Part shown: positions 9,801 through 18,945 of the stretch, in pieces
Layout of the letters: each line of letters opens with the position of its first letter
How positions within the stretch are numbered: the first letter of the stretch is position 1
DNA from: Nitrososphaerota archaeon
GTDB lineage: Archaea; Thermoproteota; Nitrososphaeria_A; Caldarchaeales; Calditenuaceae
Length of the DNA stretch: 46,422 nt
NCBI GenBank assembly: GCA_033581555.1
Contig: JAVQSZ010000008.1
Location: forward strand, 47,433 to 93,854
Reading direction: 5' to 3'
Program-made: the position numbers and the translations under genes
Notes under the pieces: model-generated
Seen by the model: only the letters and a program-made list of their open reading frames with translations
The model's database searches: none
Told to the model about the DNA's origin: nothing

Positions 9801-10450
9801 CTGGGACTCCTGAGGAAGGCGTCGACGTCGTCGACGAAGACGAAGTCGAACTCCTTCCCCCTCAGCAGCTCGTAACGGTTGTAGAGGAACTTGTCGGTGG
9901 TGATGAGGACGTCGAAGTCGCCTGAGGATATCGCCAGCAGGTTCCTCTCCATCTTCGAGGGCGTCATGCCGGACGCGTAGCTCACGACCCTCACCTCCTT
10001 CCCGAGGGCCTCGACGTACCCGGAGGCCCTCTCGGCGACGTGCTGGACCAAGAGGGAGCTCGGGACCAAGAGGTAGCTCCTGAGCCCCGACGTGACGCTG
10101 AGGTAGAGGGCCATCAGGAGGCCGAATGTGGTCTTCCCGAGTCCGGTCGGCGCGACTATCGAGAAGCTCCTCCCGAGGAAGACCCTCCTCGCCCAGGTCT
10201 CCTGGAGAGACCAGGGATACGCTCCCACGAGCCTCCTGAAGAACTCCCTGAACTCCCTTACCCTCACCGAGAGCTCCAGCGGCTCCCTGTAGAGCCTCAG
10301 TTTCTTCGCCCTCGAGAGGTAGTCGAGGACCTCCTCCCTGCTCGAGGCCTCGAAGGGGACGCAGGACCTGCAGACGCCGTTGGTCAGGAGCTCCTCGTCC
10401 GAGACGTCGCCCCCGCAGTTCGGGCAGAGCCTCCTGAAGAGCATCTTCAT
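6863..10450 (-). CDS. rgy: Reverse gyrase
   Basis: N-terminal Zn finger CPNCGG..CRSC, helicase-like APTGLGKTT and VDDVD, topo IA VVESPTKA, ATDPDSEGE, SAGRVQTP, LITYHRTDS, GIGRPSTYA. Confidence 0.98.
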   Translation of the reverse strand: MKMLFRRLCPNCGGDVSDEELLTNGVCRSCVPFEASSREEVLDYLSRAKKLRLYREPLELSVRVREFREFFRRLVGAYPWSLQETWARRVFLGRSFSIVAPTGLGKTTFGLLMALYLSVTSGLRSYLLVPSSLLVQHVAERASGYVEALGKEVRVVSYASGMTPSKMERNLLAISSGDFDVLITTDKFLYNRYELLRGKEFDFVFVDDVDAFLRSPRNIDKVIELMGYDPTAVDAVLRMIRISRKRRATEEELEEYEALDREISRLRRSAGNKVLIVSGATLRARRTLRVRIFRHLFGFEPGYTLELVRNIGNYYLEGSEDVDGAVVELVRRHGGGVLVFVPQTTGLEGVERVAQLLNDSGIPAQAYKRASPRLLSKFVDGTYQALVGVASSRSPLARGLDLPETIRYVVFAGVPRREIRVEEDEYRPQMLLAVLKHVAPLLEGPEAAEALRVTGSLSRVVPTTAEVVERVRSAIESGTELDGFEGHVQDLVLQARSLLKRVMTPEWVARLSERADVQLKVSDGGFSLIVPDADGFVQASGRCSRLYVAGITRGVTVTVVDDQKAFHGLRRMLETLYEEALEPYEEEKVRRDFERVDEDRRRVVMARRGELPPERFDVIKSALVVVESPTKARTIASFFGRPARRQIGDLTVYESIGGEYVLTVAASGGHVLDLTTEGGYHGVLQYDTTFVPIYTPIMRCRECGAQFVDQKTCPNCGSSNVGSKAEVIEALRKLALEASKVYVATDPDSEGEKIGYDLYCNIRPFNDDVERLEFHEVTRRALSAALSSPRGIRDGLVEAQLLRRIEDRWVGFELSRRLWERFGRRTLSAGRVQTPVLGWVVNRTAEAKRKVPVMVAVLDDGTRLEFAKPLGYEELRALFDEGRLFAEVEEVSSEVREVHPPPPYTTDSMLRDAWFYLKMGSAEAMQAAQTLFESGLITYHRTDSTIVSTAGLGVARSYIEERYPGLFRPRTYQREGAHECIRPTKPMDERELGYYVQSGALRTAARLTRREIQLYGLIFRRFISSQMAPASVRYQTAVVRLGGNELRVERPVELVEEGFLRANPVVRVQPRVSPGSHRVRGLELRRVPAARLFTEGDLIATMKSRGIGRPSTYAKIVETLYRRRYVIQNAGRVIATKLGNEVYRYLESNYGDLVSEELTRELEAKMDAIEEGKLNYMDLLRELHQSIMAIAKRAV

Positions 10451-10555
10451 GCTTCGCGCCGGGTGCAGGTCCTCTACCCGTCATTTAAGGGCTCACGGCA
10501 ACTCCGCGGGGGAAGAGCTTCGCACGTATATTACTGGCCGAGCGACTATTCTGCC

Positions 10556-11629
10556 GTGGGACTCAGGTTCCCCTCCCTGAGGGTCGAGAGGAGGCTGGAA
10601 GTCCCGGCCCACGTCTCCGCGGCCGTGACCGTAGTCTTCCTCTCGCTCTCGTTCGTCGTCTCGGCTTCTGTCCTCCAGGTCCTCGGCGTCGACGCGGCTG
10701 CGGCAGTCTCTCAGGTCGCCTCGGTCTACGCCTCGCCCGAGCTCCTGACGGCCGCAATCCTGAGGGGGGTTCCGATAGGGCTCGCGGCCGTGGGCCTCAC
10801 GATCGCCTTCAGGGCGGGATTCTGGAACATAGGCGCTGAGGGCCAGATGTACATGGGGATGTTCGCGTCGACGGGCGTCGTCCTGCTCCACGTGTACTAC
10901 GGCCTCGTACCGGAGTGGGCGCTCCTCCCCGCGATGGCGCTGGCGGCGTTCGTCGCGGGCGGGCTCTACTGCAGCGTCGCTGCAGTCCTGAAGGCGAAGC
11001 TCGGCGTCAACGAAGTCCTCACCACCCTGATGATGAACTTCATCGCGATACTCTTCGTCGACTACCTGGTCTACGGCCCGTGGAGGGACCCGAGGGGCTT
11101 CGGGTTCCCGTTAACAGTCCCATTCCCCGAGGAGGCGAGGTTCGGGGGAACGCTCGGACACGCGGCGTGGGAGGGGCTCGCGCTACTGGCGGTCGCGGCC
11201 GCACTGGCGTACCTCCTGATGACCAGGACGACCGTCGGGCTGGACCTGAAGCTGATCGGAGACAACCCGCAGATCGCGGGGATAGCGGGGGTGAGGATGG
11301 TCAGGGCCCACTTCGTCCTCTCGATGATAACAGGTGGGCTCGCGGGCCTGGCCGGGTTCTTCCTGCTGACGGGGATCGTGGGGAGGCTGAGGCCCAGGAT
11401 ATCGCCAGGGTACGGTTACACTGCGATCGTCATCTCCTTCCTCGCGGGGCTCCACCCGGTCCTCGCGGTGCCGGCGGCGGTCTTCATGGGAGGGCTGATC
11501 GTGGGCGGCGACGTCCTCCAGTCGACCCTTAACCTGCCCTTCGCGGCCGTTCAGCTCTTCCAGTCGACGATCCTGGTCATGATAGTGATCGGCGAGTTCG
11601 TGAAGAGGTACAGGGTGGTGGTCAAATGA
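10556..11629 (+). CDS. Nucleoside/purine (BMP-associated) ABC transporter permease
   Basis: FRAGFWNIGAEGQ, GVNEVLTTLMMNF, GYGYTAIVISFLAG; real start probably GTG 10556 because the ORF-track extension overlaps rgy. Confidence 0.9.
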   Translation: MGLRFPSLRVERRLEVPAHVSAAVTVVFLSLSFVVSASVLQVLGVDAAAAVSQVASVYASPELLTAAILRGVPIGLAAVGLTIAFRAGFWNIGAEGQMYMGMFASTGVVLLHVYYGLVPEWALLPAMALAAFVAGGLYCSVAAVLKAKLGVNEVLTTLMMNFIAILFVDYLVYGPWRDPRGFGFPLTVPFPEEARFGGTLGHAAWEGLALLAVAAALAYLLMTRTTVGLDLKLIGDNPQIAGIAGVRMVRAHFVLSMITGGLAGLAGFFLLTGIVGRLRPRISPGYGYTAIVISFLAGLHPVLAVPAAVFMGGLIVGGDVLQSTLNLPFAAVQLFQSTILVMIVIGEFVKRYRVVVK

Positions 11630-12606
11630 TCGATGTGGGATGGCTGGAGGGCCTCCTCGCGCTCACCGTCCAGGTCGGCGTCCTCTACCTCCTCGCGTCG
11701 CTCGGCGAGATCTATGCTGAGAGGAGCGGCGTCCTGAACCTCGGCCTCGAGGGCATAATGATCATGGGCGCGGTCGCGTCCTTCGTCTTCACCAACGCGC
11801 TGGGACACGGCCACGCGCTCCTCGCGGCCGCAGCATTGGGGTGCGGGATGGGACTTCTGCTCGCGGTCCTCACGGTCACGATGAGACTCAACCAGATCGT
11901 CGTGGGGCTCGCGATGACGATCATGGGCTACGGGATAAGCGGGCTGATGGGCCACCCCTCCACGAGGGAGCACGTGATGAGGGCCCTGAACCCCAGCGTC
12001 CCCCAGGAGGTCGTGATGCTCCAGAGGGCGCCCCCGCTCAGCGCCGTGCCGATACCTCTCCTCTCGGAGCTCCCCGTCGTCGGAAGGGCCCTCTTCGACC
12101 AGAACGTCCTCGTCTACGCGGCCCTCGTCCTGGCCTTCGTGATGTGGTTCGTGCTCTTCAGGACCTCCTTCGGGCTCGCGGTGAGGTCGGTCGGCGAGAA
12201 CCCCTCGATGGCCGACGCTCTCGGGGTCAACGTCTTTAGGCTCAGGTACGTCACCTGCGCGATCTCCGGGGCGCTCGGCGGCCTCGCAGGCGCCTACCTC
12301 TTCATCGGCTACCAGCCCTTCTGGCTCGAGATGATGACCAACGGCAGGGGTTTCATCGCGCTGGCCCTGGTCATCCTCGCCTCCTGGAACCCGCTGAGGG
12401 CCATACTCGGCTCGCTGCTCTTCGGGGGCGTGGAGGTGATCCAATACAGGCTCCAGCTCTACGGCGTCGGCGCCCAGACCCCGCAGTTCGTCCTGATGCT
12501 GCCTTACGTCGTCGCGATAGTCACGCTCTCCCTCCTCTCGGTCGAGAGCGTCAGGAAGAAGATAGGGGTGCCTGAGGCGTTGGGGAAGCCGTATTCTAGG
12601 GAGTGA
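11626..12606 (+). CDS. Nucleoside/purine ABC transporter permease, second subunit
   Basis: ERSGVLNLGLEGIM, GENPSMADALGVNV, GRGFIALALVI, LPYV, PEALGKPY; ATGA overlap with upstream permease. Confidence 0.92.
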   Translation: MIDVGWLEGLLALTVQVGVLYLLASLGEIYAERSGVLNLGLEGIMIMGAVASFVFTNALGHGHALLAAAALGCGMGLLLAVLTVTMRLNQIVVGLAMTIMGYGISGLMGHPSTREHVMRALNPSVPQEVVMLQRAPPLSAVPIPLLSELPVVGRALFDQNVLVYAALVLAFVMWFVLFRTSFGLAVRSVGENPSMADALGVNVFRLRYVTCAISGALGGLAGAYLFIGYQPFWLEMMTNGRGFIALALVILASWNPLRAILGSLLFGGVEVIQYRLQLYGVGAQTPQFVLMLPYVVAIVTLSLLSVESVRKKIGVPEALGKPYSRE

Positions 12607-12612
12607 GAAGAT

Positions 12613-12622
12613 AATAAAAAAG
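12613..12622 (-). terminator. Oligo-T terminator after BMP substrate-binding gene
   Basis: T-rich tract on the minus strand just past the stop, between convergent genes. Confidence 0.45.
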
Positions 12623-12634
12623 GAACGTGGAAGT

Positions 12635-13999
12635 TCAGCGGGGGAGCTCGCTCTCGATGTACTCCACGAACCAGTCCATCTCCCAGAGGGCGTCGCGGTC
12701 GACCCTGCTGCCTGCCCTCCTCTCGCCAGTCCTCTTACTCACGACGTAGTCCTTGTCGCTGATCATGACTTCGCCGGCCTGGTCCCTGATCGGCTGTCCG
12801 AGGTTGCCCTCGACGGAGAAGGGCTCGAAGATCATCTCCTTCATCTGCTCGTACCTGAGCTTGATCTCGTTCTGCCACTCGACCGGGATCGCTGGGTTCA
12901 AGGGGGAGAGGTAGACCGTGCCCTCGGCCTTGCCGGCGGTGCTCTTCTCCAGCGGGAGCCTCCACTTCCAGGGCATGTAGTCTCCGATTCTAGTCCAGAT
13001 GTCAACCGACTCCCAGCTGTTCGTCGCCACCATCTTGTAGAACTCCAGGTATATCGGGCCCCAGTTGACGATCTGGCCGGTCAGGTGGGAGTTGGGCCCG
13101 TACTGCCTCATGTCGCTGTAGTGGCTGAAGCTCCAGACCCTCCTGCCCTTCTGGGTAGTGTACTCCTCGGCGACCTGCAGCGTGGCCGGCGTGTCCTCCG
13201 TGAAGGCCAACACGTCCGCGTTCTTCTCCTCTATCAGCGAGATCGAAGCCGTCCTGGCCTTAGCCGGGTCGAACCAGCTGAAGAGCCAGACGACGTACGC
13301 CCTGATGTTCCTCCCGGTCCTCTTCCTGTAGGCGTAGTTCGCTCCCAGGACGAAGGCGTTGATGTGCCTAACGACCTCCGGGATTGGGTGGGCCGCGACA
13401 TAGCCGACCACACCAGTCCTCGTCACCGCGCCCGCAGCGAGGCCGTTGAGGTAGTAGAGCTGGTAGAACTCCGCGAACGCCGAGCTCATGTTCTTGGGCG
13501 CGTTTCCGGCGGCCCCGCTCCTGTAACCCGAGATGTGGACGAAGTACCTGTCCGGGTACTTGGCCGCCATCTCGGCAGTCGGGTCCATGTATCCGAAGCT
13601 GGTGGTGATGATGAGCTTGGCGTCCTCCTTGGTGACGAGCGTCTCGATCGCGCTGGCGGCCTGGGGCTCGGGGACGCTCTCTATGTACGCGGACTTCGCT
13701 CCCGGGAGCCTCGCGTCGGCCCACTTCCTTCCCAGATCGTGAGCGTAGGTCCAACCGTAGTCGCCGACAGGCCCGACGTAGACGTATCCCACCTTGACCT
13801 CCAGAGCCCTAGGGAGCGCTACCGTCCTCTCGACCGTGCGGGTGACGGTGGCCGCTGGCGGTGCAGTCGCCTGTCCCGCGAGGTATCCCGCGATCCCTCC
13901 GACGACGCCTGCAGCGACCACGCCTCCGACCGCAGCGCCGGTCGAGACCCCGAGGAACTCTCGCCTAGTCATGCCGCCCCTCTTGGGCCTACGGGACAT
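12635..13999 (-). CDS. BMP-family ABC transporter substrate-binding protein with Tat signal
   Basis: TRREFL twin-arginine motif; YVGPVGDYGWTYAHDLGR, IITTSFGY, PIPEVVRHINAF, SWFDPAK; start chosen at ATG 13999. Confidence 0.92.
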   Translation of the reverse strand: MSRRPKRGGMTRREFLGVSTGAAVGGVVAAGVVGGIAGYLAGQATAPPAATVTRTVERTVALPRALEVKVGYVYVGPVGDYGWTYAHDLGRKWADARLPGAKSAYIESVPEPQAASAIETLVTKEDAKLIITTSFGYMDPTAEMAAKYPDRYFVHISGYRSGAAGNAPKNMSSAFAEFYQLYYLNGLAAGAVTRTGVVGYVAAHPIPEVVRHINAFVLGANYAYRKRTGRNIRAYVVWLFSWFDPAKARTASISLIEEKNADVLAFTEDTPATLQVAEEYTTQKGRRVWSFSHYSDMRQYGPNSHLTGQIVNWGPIYLEFYKMVATNSWESVDIWTRIGDYMPWKWRLPLEKSTAGKAEGTVYLSPLNPAIPVEWQNEIKLRYEQMKEMIFEPFSVEGNLGQPIRDQAGEVMISDKDYVVSKRTGERRAGSRVDRDALWEMDWFVEYIESELPR

Positions 14000-14195
14000 C
14001 TCCTCCGTCACGTCACAACAATTGACGCAATGGTAGAAAAAGCGTTCCTGTATAGCACTGCATAAACTGATATACAGTTCACAAGCCCACGCATGCGAGG
14101 CGGGTCGCGGTCCTGAAGGACCGGACTTCGGGGGAGACAGGCTCGCGGAGGGGGGCACGTGGGTTGAATAGTCGCCGGAGGGTCGTGCCTACAGG

Positions 14196-15554
14196 TTGCC
14201 CGTCTCAGAGACCGTGACCTGCGACGACTACGAGGAGTCCGTTGGTATGGGCGCCCACTCGACGCCGTCGCCGGGCTTAGGCGGCGTGATAAAGCGGGTC
14301 CCCGAGGACTTCGAGGTCTGGGAGGTGATCGAGGGGGGCCTAGACGCGAGGGAGCTGTTCGAGTTGGGACCCACCGTCCTCTTGCCGCCGCAGAGGCTCG
14401 CGCTGCTAGCGGTGAGGAAGAGGGACAGGGAGACGCTGAGGGTCGCGATGGACCTGAGAGCCGCGCTCGGGGTGAGGCTGAGGTCCGTGAAGGCCTACGG
14501 CCTCAAGGACAGGAGGGCGGTCGCCTGGCAGTTCCTCGTCGTTCCGGCCTCCAGGGTCCTCGACCACCTCTACGGAGAGATCGCGCTCCGAGACGCGACC
14601 GCGAAGGTGGTTGGCGAGGCGTACGGCGTGGGCTCGAAGCACCTCATCTACAACAGGTTCAGGGTGATCGTCAGGGAGGTGAGGACGACCGCTGGCCTCG
14701 AGGAGGTAAGGGATCGGATCGCGGAGCTCGGCGTCCCGAACTACTACGGCCACCAGAGGTTCGGGATAACGAGGCCGGTCACGCACCTGATAGGCTACCG
14801 AATCCTGAGGGGCGAGCTGGATGAGGCCGCGAGGCTCTTCGTCGGCTACTGGACGCGCTACGAGCCCGAGCCCTACAGGGATCTGAGGAAAGCGTTCCTC
14901 GAGTCTGGGTCATGGAGCTGGGCCGCAGAGAACGTCCCGAGGTCGTTGGTCTACGAGAGGGCCCTAGCGAGGCACTTGGCGACGAACCCAGGCGACTACG
15001 TCGGGGCCTTCAGGAGGCTCCCGCTCAGGATCAGGAGGTTCCTCGTCGAGTCGTACACCTCGTACGTCTTCAACAGGGCCCTCACCATCACGCTAAGGGA
15101 CGGACTCGGGCTCGACGAGGTGCTGATCGGGGACCTGGTCGTGAGGCTCGACAGGTTCGGGAACCCCGAGGGCAACGTCCACGAGGTGAACGCGTGGAAC
15201 GTCGGCGAAGTCCATCGCAGGATCCGGGAGGGCTCGATGGCGGTCGTGATGCCCCACCCGGGGAGCAGGGTCAAGTTCCCGAGGAGCGAGCGCGGCAGGG
15301 CGATCTCCTACGTGCTGGAGGAGGATGGGATGAGGCACGCCTCCTTCAGGCCTCAGCAGATGCCCGAGGCGGGCACGATGGGCGGTTACAGGCCGATCAG
15401 GATGGTCCCGAGGGACTTGGATCTGAGGCCGATCGACTGCTCATCGGTCGAGGCTAGGATGTCGCTCCCGAGGGGTTCCTTCGCGACGGTCGTCCTGAGG
15501 GAGTTGATGAAGCAGAGGTGCGTGTTGGCCTACAACGGGAAGCTCGTCCACTGA
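14196..15554 (+). CDS. truD: tRNA pseudouridine(13) synthase TruD/Pus7
   Basis: IKRVPEDFEVWE, GLKDRRAVAWQ, PNYYGHQRFG, SYVFN, LPRGSFATVVLRE. Confidence 0.95.
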   Translation: MPVSETVTCDDYEESVGMGAHSTPSPGLGGVIKRVPEDFEVWEVIEGGLDARELFELGPTVLLPPQRLALLAVRKRDRETLRVAMDLRAALGVRLRSVKAYGLKDRRAVAWQFLVVPASRVLDHLYGEIALRDATAKVVGEAYGVGSKHLIYNRFRVIVREVRTTAGLEEVRDRIAELGVPNYYGHQRFGITRPVTHLIGYRILRGELDEAARLFVGYWTRYEPEPYRDLRKAFLESGSWSWAAENVPRSLVYERALARHLATNPGDYVGAFRRLPLRIRRFLVESYTSYVFNRALTITLRDGLGLDEVLIGDLVVRLDRFGNPEGNVHEVNAWNVGEVHRRIREGSMAVVMPHPGSRVKFPRSERGRAISYVLEEDGMRHASFRPQQMPEAGTMGGYRPIRMVPRDLDLRPIDCSSVEARMSLPRGSFATVVLRELMKQRCVLAYNGKLVH

Positions 15555-15571
15555 CCCTGCACTAAGCTCGT

Positions 15572-16951
15572 CTAGCGGGCCCTCTTGTAGTAGAAGGCCT
15601 TGTAGTGCGTCCCGAAGATGTCCTCGGGGCTCCTCCCGACTGTCTCGGGCTCGATGTAGGACTCGATGATCCTGATTGGGTCTATCTCCTCGGCCTCCGC
15701 GCCGTGCCACTTCCTCTCCAGCAGGTACCTCATCCCCCACCTGACCTCAGCGACGTCGATCTCCTGGATGACCGGCTCGAAGAAGCTGAGCGCGATGGAC
15801 TTCACGGCCTCCTCCCTCGAGATGCCCCTGCTCATCAGGTAGAAGAGCTGCTCCGGGTCGATCTGCGCGACGCTTGCCGAGTGAGTGGCCTTCACGTTGT
15901 CCGTCTCGATCTCAAGGCCCGGTATCGCGTCGGCCCTCGCGTCGGGGCTCAGGAGCATCGCGTGCTCAGCGAGGTATGCGCCGGAGTTCTTCGCGGGCCT
16001 CTCTATCCTGATGATCCCCTTGAAGAGGACCCTCGACCTGTCTGCGCCTATGCCCTTCGCGTTGACCCTCCCGGTCGTGTCGGGCCCCTCGTGTCTGAGG
16101 TTGAGGGTGACGTCGAACTTCTGAGTCCCGCCGGCGAGGACCACCTTGAGCGCGTCGGCCCTCGAGCCCTGCCCCGCTAATATGTTGTCGATCCTGTACT
16201 TGAGGGCCCTGCCGCCCAGCAGCGCGCCGACCCACTTGCTGTTCGCGTCCTTCCCGAGGACGACCTTGTTGAAGCTCATCCTGACCGACCTCTCAGAGGA
16301 GCTGTCGAGGACCGCGTACCTGACCCTCGACCCGTTCCCGGCTATCACGTGGACGAGGTTCGAGGTGAGGTTCGCCCCTCCGTCGAGCGAGTGGTACTCC
16401 TCGGTGACGCTGACCGCCGAACCGTCGCCCACGACGACCAGCGTGAACGCGGAAGTGAGCTGCCTCTCGGCCTCGCCGGCCCATATGGACCTGACCCTGA
16501 CCTCTTCCTCGATCCCCGGGGGCACTTTGACGAGGACGCCCGCGTTGAGCCTCGAGAGCGCGTACCCGATCAGGCTCGACTCCTCCGGCCTCGTGGGGCC
16601 TTCGAGGAGCCACCTCCGGACCTCATCCTCGGAGCGAGAGAGGGCTTCACGGAGTGGGAGCGCGACAACCCCGAGCCTCCCGTAGGACTCCGGAACCCTG
16701 ACCAAGACCGGCGTAGCGTCAACGTGGAGCGCGACAACCTCCTCCGACTCCTCGAGGGCCCTGAACCTCTCCGGTACTACGTTCCTCCCGGACGGCTCCT
16801 CGGTCCACTCGGCAGAGGCGATCTCCTGCGAGAAGGGGACGTGGTGCTTCACGTAGAGCGGGCTAGTCTCCTCCGGGAGGTTCCTGTAGCTCTCCTCGCC
16901 CCTTGACCTCAGCTCCATCAGCCACCTGGGCTCCTCCGGGTGCTCCGCCAT
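15572..16951 (-). CDS. sufD: Fe-S cluster assembly protein SufD (SufB/SufD family)
   Basis: Beta-helix repeats, LLSPDARADAIPGLEIETDNVKATHSASV, EQLFYLMSRGI. Confidence 0.88.
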   Translation of the reverse strand: MAEHPEEPRWLMELRSRGEESYRNLPEETSPLYVKHHVPFSQEIASAEWTEEPSGRNVVPERFRALEESEEVVALHVDATPVLVRVPESYGRLGVVALPLREALSRSEDEVRRWLLEGPTRPEESSLIGYALSRLNAGVLVKVPPGIEEEVRVRSIWAGEAERQLTSAFTLVVVGDGSAVSVTEEYHSLDGGANLTSNLVHVIAGNGSRVRYAVLDSSSERSVRMSFNKVVLGKDANSKWVGALLGGRALKYRIDNILAGQGSRADALKVVLAGGTQKFDVTLNLRHEGPDTTGRVNAKGIGADRSRVLFKGIIRIERPAKNSGAYLAEHAMLLSPDARADAIPGLEIETDNVKATHSASVAQIDPEQLFYLMSRGISREEAVKSIALSFFEPVIQEIDVAEVRWGMRYLLERKWHGAEAEEIDPIRIIESYIEPETVGRSPEDIFGTHYKAFYYKRAR

Positions 16952-17047
16952 CCCGGGTGAGCGGGCAGGCCCTCGATTTAACGGTCCCTCGGGCCGACGG
17001 TTTCGGACAAGTCGGAGGACGGTCGCACGCGTAGGCGCCGGATCCTC

Positions 17048-17830
17048 CTAAGCAGCGGGACCTCCGCGGCCTAGGACGTCGGAGACCGAGTAGACCTCGA
17101 TCTCGAAGTGGCGCGCGAGCTCTGAGGCCCTCTCGTCGACGAAGGGCGAGACTATCACAAGCTTCGGCCTCACGCCAGTCTCCCTCTCGTAGAGCTCGGC
17201 GATCTTCTTCAGCTCGATCACGTCGCCCTTGCTTACGCTGGACTTCACCTCGACGAGCAGGTGCTCCCTGTCCCTCACCAACACGTCCGCCTCGACCACC
17301 GCGGGACTCCCGTAGACGAAGCCCTCCCTGTCGAAGAGGCCCCACTTGGTCACCTTGCCCCCGAAGTACCTCTCGACGATCTCCTTAAGACCAGTCCTGA
17401 ACGCGGACTCGGCCATTATCCCCCACCTAGCACCGAGTGCGGAGATCTGCTTCTCCACGGCAGCAAAACCCCTGTTCATGTCTTCCCGCAGCTTAGCGAG
17501 CTCCTGGTCGTACCTAGCGAAGCCTCTGTTCATGTCTTCACGTAGCTTGTTCATGTCCTCCCTCAATCGGGCGAGCTCTGCGTCGTGCCTCTCGAACCCC
17601 TTGTTCATGTCCTCCCGTAGTTTGATCAACTCCTCGTCGTGTCTAGCGAACCCCTTGTTCATATCCTCCCGGAGCTTGTTCATGTCCTCCCTGAGCCTCA
17701 CGAGCTCTTCCTCGTGTCTGTCCAGCCTCCTCAGTATCTCCTCGAGCCCCAGAAGTCCGGCCACCGCGTACCTGAACTCCTCGTCCTCCTTCAGCAGCCT
17801 CAGCAGCTCCCTCTTCAGCTCCTGCGTCAC
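17048..17830 (-). CDS. Archaeal coiled-coil + PD-(D/E)XK nuclease-fold protein (DUF3782/paREP-like)
   Basis: ELLRLLKEDEEFRYAVAGLLG N-terminus, heptad repeats, ALGARWG, VEADVLV...LVEVKS. Confidence 0.85.
   Translation of the reverse strand: MTQELKRELLRLLKEDEEFRYAVAGLLGLEEILRRLDRHEEELVRLREDMNKLREDMNKGFARHDEELIKLREDMNKGFERHDAELARLREDMNKLREDMNRGFARYDQELAKLREDMNRGFAAVEKQISALGARWGIMAESAFRTGLKEIVERYFGGKVTKWGLFDREGFVYGSPAVVEADVLVRDREHLLVEVKSSVSKGDVIELKKIAELYERETGVRPKLVIVSPFVDERASELARHFEIEVYSVSDVLGRGGPAA
17465..17695 (-). repeat. Intragenic tandem coiled-coil repeat (six LREDMN units spaced 7/18/18/7/18 aa)
   Basis: Read directly from the translation; synonymously diverged GAGGACATGAAC-type DNA units. 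Confidence 0.9.
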
Positions 17831-18044
17831 TCCTGACCCGGAAAGTCGCCGCCGAGGTAAAAAGGCTTGACGCGATAGGCCTCCGCCGGACGAGCGACTC
17901 GACGCGCAAAGATGAACGGATCACGGGATCTGGGGTCAACACGTCGAGGTGGATCCACTGAGGAGCGTCACTTTCGGGCGACCGTGGACTCCACCTTTAA
18001 ATCCACCGGCCGGAATCGGGGGCGCGGCGCGAAGGGTGCGCCCG

Positions 18045-18494
18045 ATGGAGAGGGACGTCGAGCTGGAGATCGAGGTCACGGTCTCACCGGAGGTCAAGCT
18101 CAGGGTGAGGGGGAGCGAGCTCGGGGAGGTGCTGAGGGCGGTGAGGGAGGCGTACGAGGAGCTCTCGAGGGGACAGCGGGTCGCGGTGCCGGCGGCGAGG
18201 CAGCAGGCGATGCCGAGGGAGCTGGTGGAGAGGCTCCCGAGGATGAGCTACAGGGACGTGGTCCTCGTCCTCCTCTACTACGAGGGGCCGCTCTCGAAGG
18301 AGAGGATCAACCAGAGGAGCAGGGAGCTGGGAAAGGAGGTGACGAAGGAGTGGCTCGACAAGAAGCTCTACGACGAGCTGAAGGGGATGGTGGCCTCGGT
18401 CGAGTCCGGAGAGGGGCCGAAGAGCTACAAGCTGACCGAGTACGGCAGGCAGAAGGCCGAGGAGATCCTAAGGGCCTACGGGATTCTGAAGTAG
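18045..18494 (+). CDS. Putative winged-helix DNA-binding protein
   Basis: C-terminal wHTH-like pattern (LVLLYYEGPLS..I...SYKLTEYGRQKAEE); start ATG 18045; host-like codons. Confidence 0.6.
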   Translation: MERDVELEIEVTVSPEVKLRVRGSELGEVLRAVREAYEELSRGQRVAVPAARQQAMPRELVERLPRMSYRDVVLVLLYYEGPLSKERINQRSRELGKEVTKEWLDKKLYDELKGMVASVESGEGPKSYKLTEYGRQKAEEILRAYGILK

Positions 18495-18899
18495 CTCCCG
18501 CAGACCCCTCACCAGGTCCCTCACCGCCTCCTTGAGCTCGCGGTTCGGGTGGGCGGTCCGGGTCCACCTCTCGAGCTGATCCGCGATCGATGCGATCAGA
18601 CCCCTGGGATCCTTGAGCAGGGCCTTCAGAACCTCCTCCGGGACGTCCTCGACCCTAACCTCTCTCACCTGCGTCCTCATGAACGGCCCGAACTCGTCCC
18701 TCGAGAGCCTCACCACGGTCAATCTGCCCCCCTCGAGCACGTATCTGGTTCCCGCGACGTCCAGCAGCTCGACCCCCCACTCGATCCCCGGGGGCGAGAG
18801 GTCCTTGAGGGAGTCGATCAGGCCCCTCACGGCCTCGACGCTGGGCTCCGCGATGAACTTCGCGCACGCCTCGATGGCCCGGCCGACGGACTCAGCCAC
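18468..18899 (-). CDS. Hypothetical protein
   Basis: 143-aa ORF with host-like codon usage, convergent overlap with the wHTH gene. Confidence 0.65.
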   Translation of the reverse strand: MAESVGRAIEACAKFIAEPSVEAVRGLIDSLKDLSPPGIEWGVELLDVAGTRYVLEGGRLTVVRLSRDEFGPFMRTQVREVRVEDVPEEVLKALLKDPRGLIASIADQLERWTRTAHPNRELKEAVRDLVRGLRELLQNPVGP

Positions 18900-18945
18900 G
18901 CTGCGCGGTCTCCAGTCTCATCAAAAAAGGTTGCACGAACAGAGC

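Noticed and set aside
7517-9925. 802-aa plus-strand ORF and many other long overlapping ORFs in the track
   Set aside because: Antisense or alternate-frame shadows of real genes caused by high GC3; no recognisable motifs
10040-10555. N-terminal extensions in the ORF track (permease here; likewise ugd, galU, rpl19e, BMP protein)
   Set aside because: They overlap neighbouring genes or promoters; family similarity starts at downstream start codons
17465-17695. Possible CRISPR array
   Set aside because: Repeats are in-frame coding units without unique spacers; no CRISPR array or cas gene seen in the window
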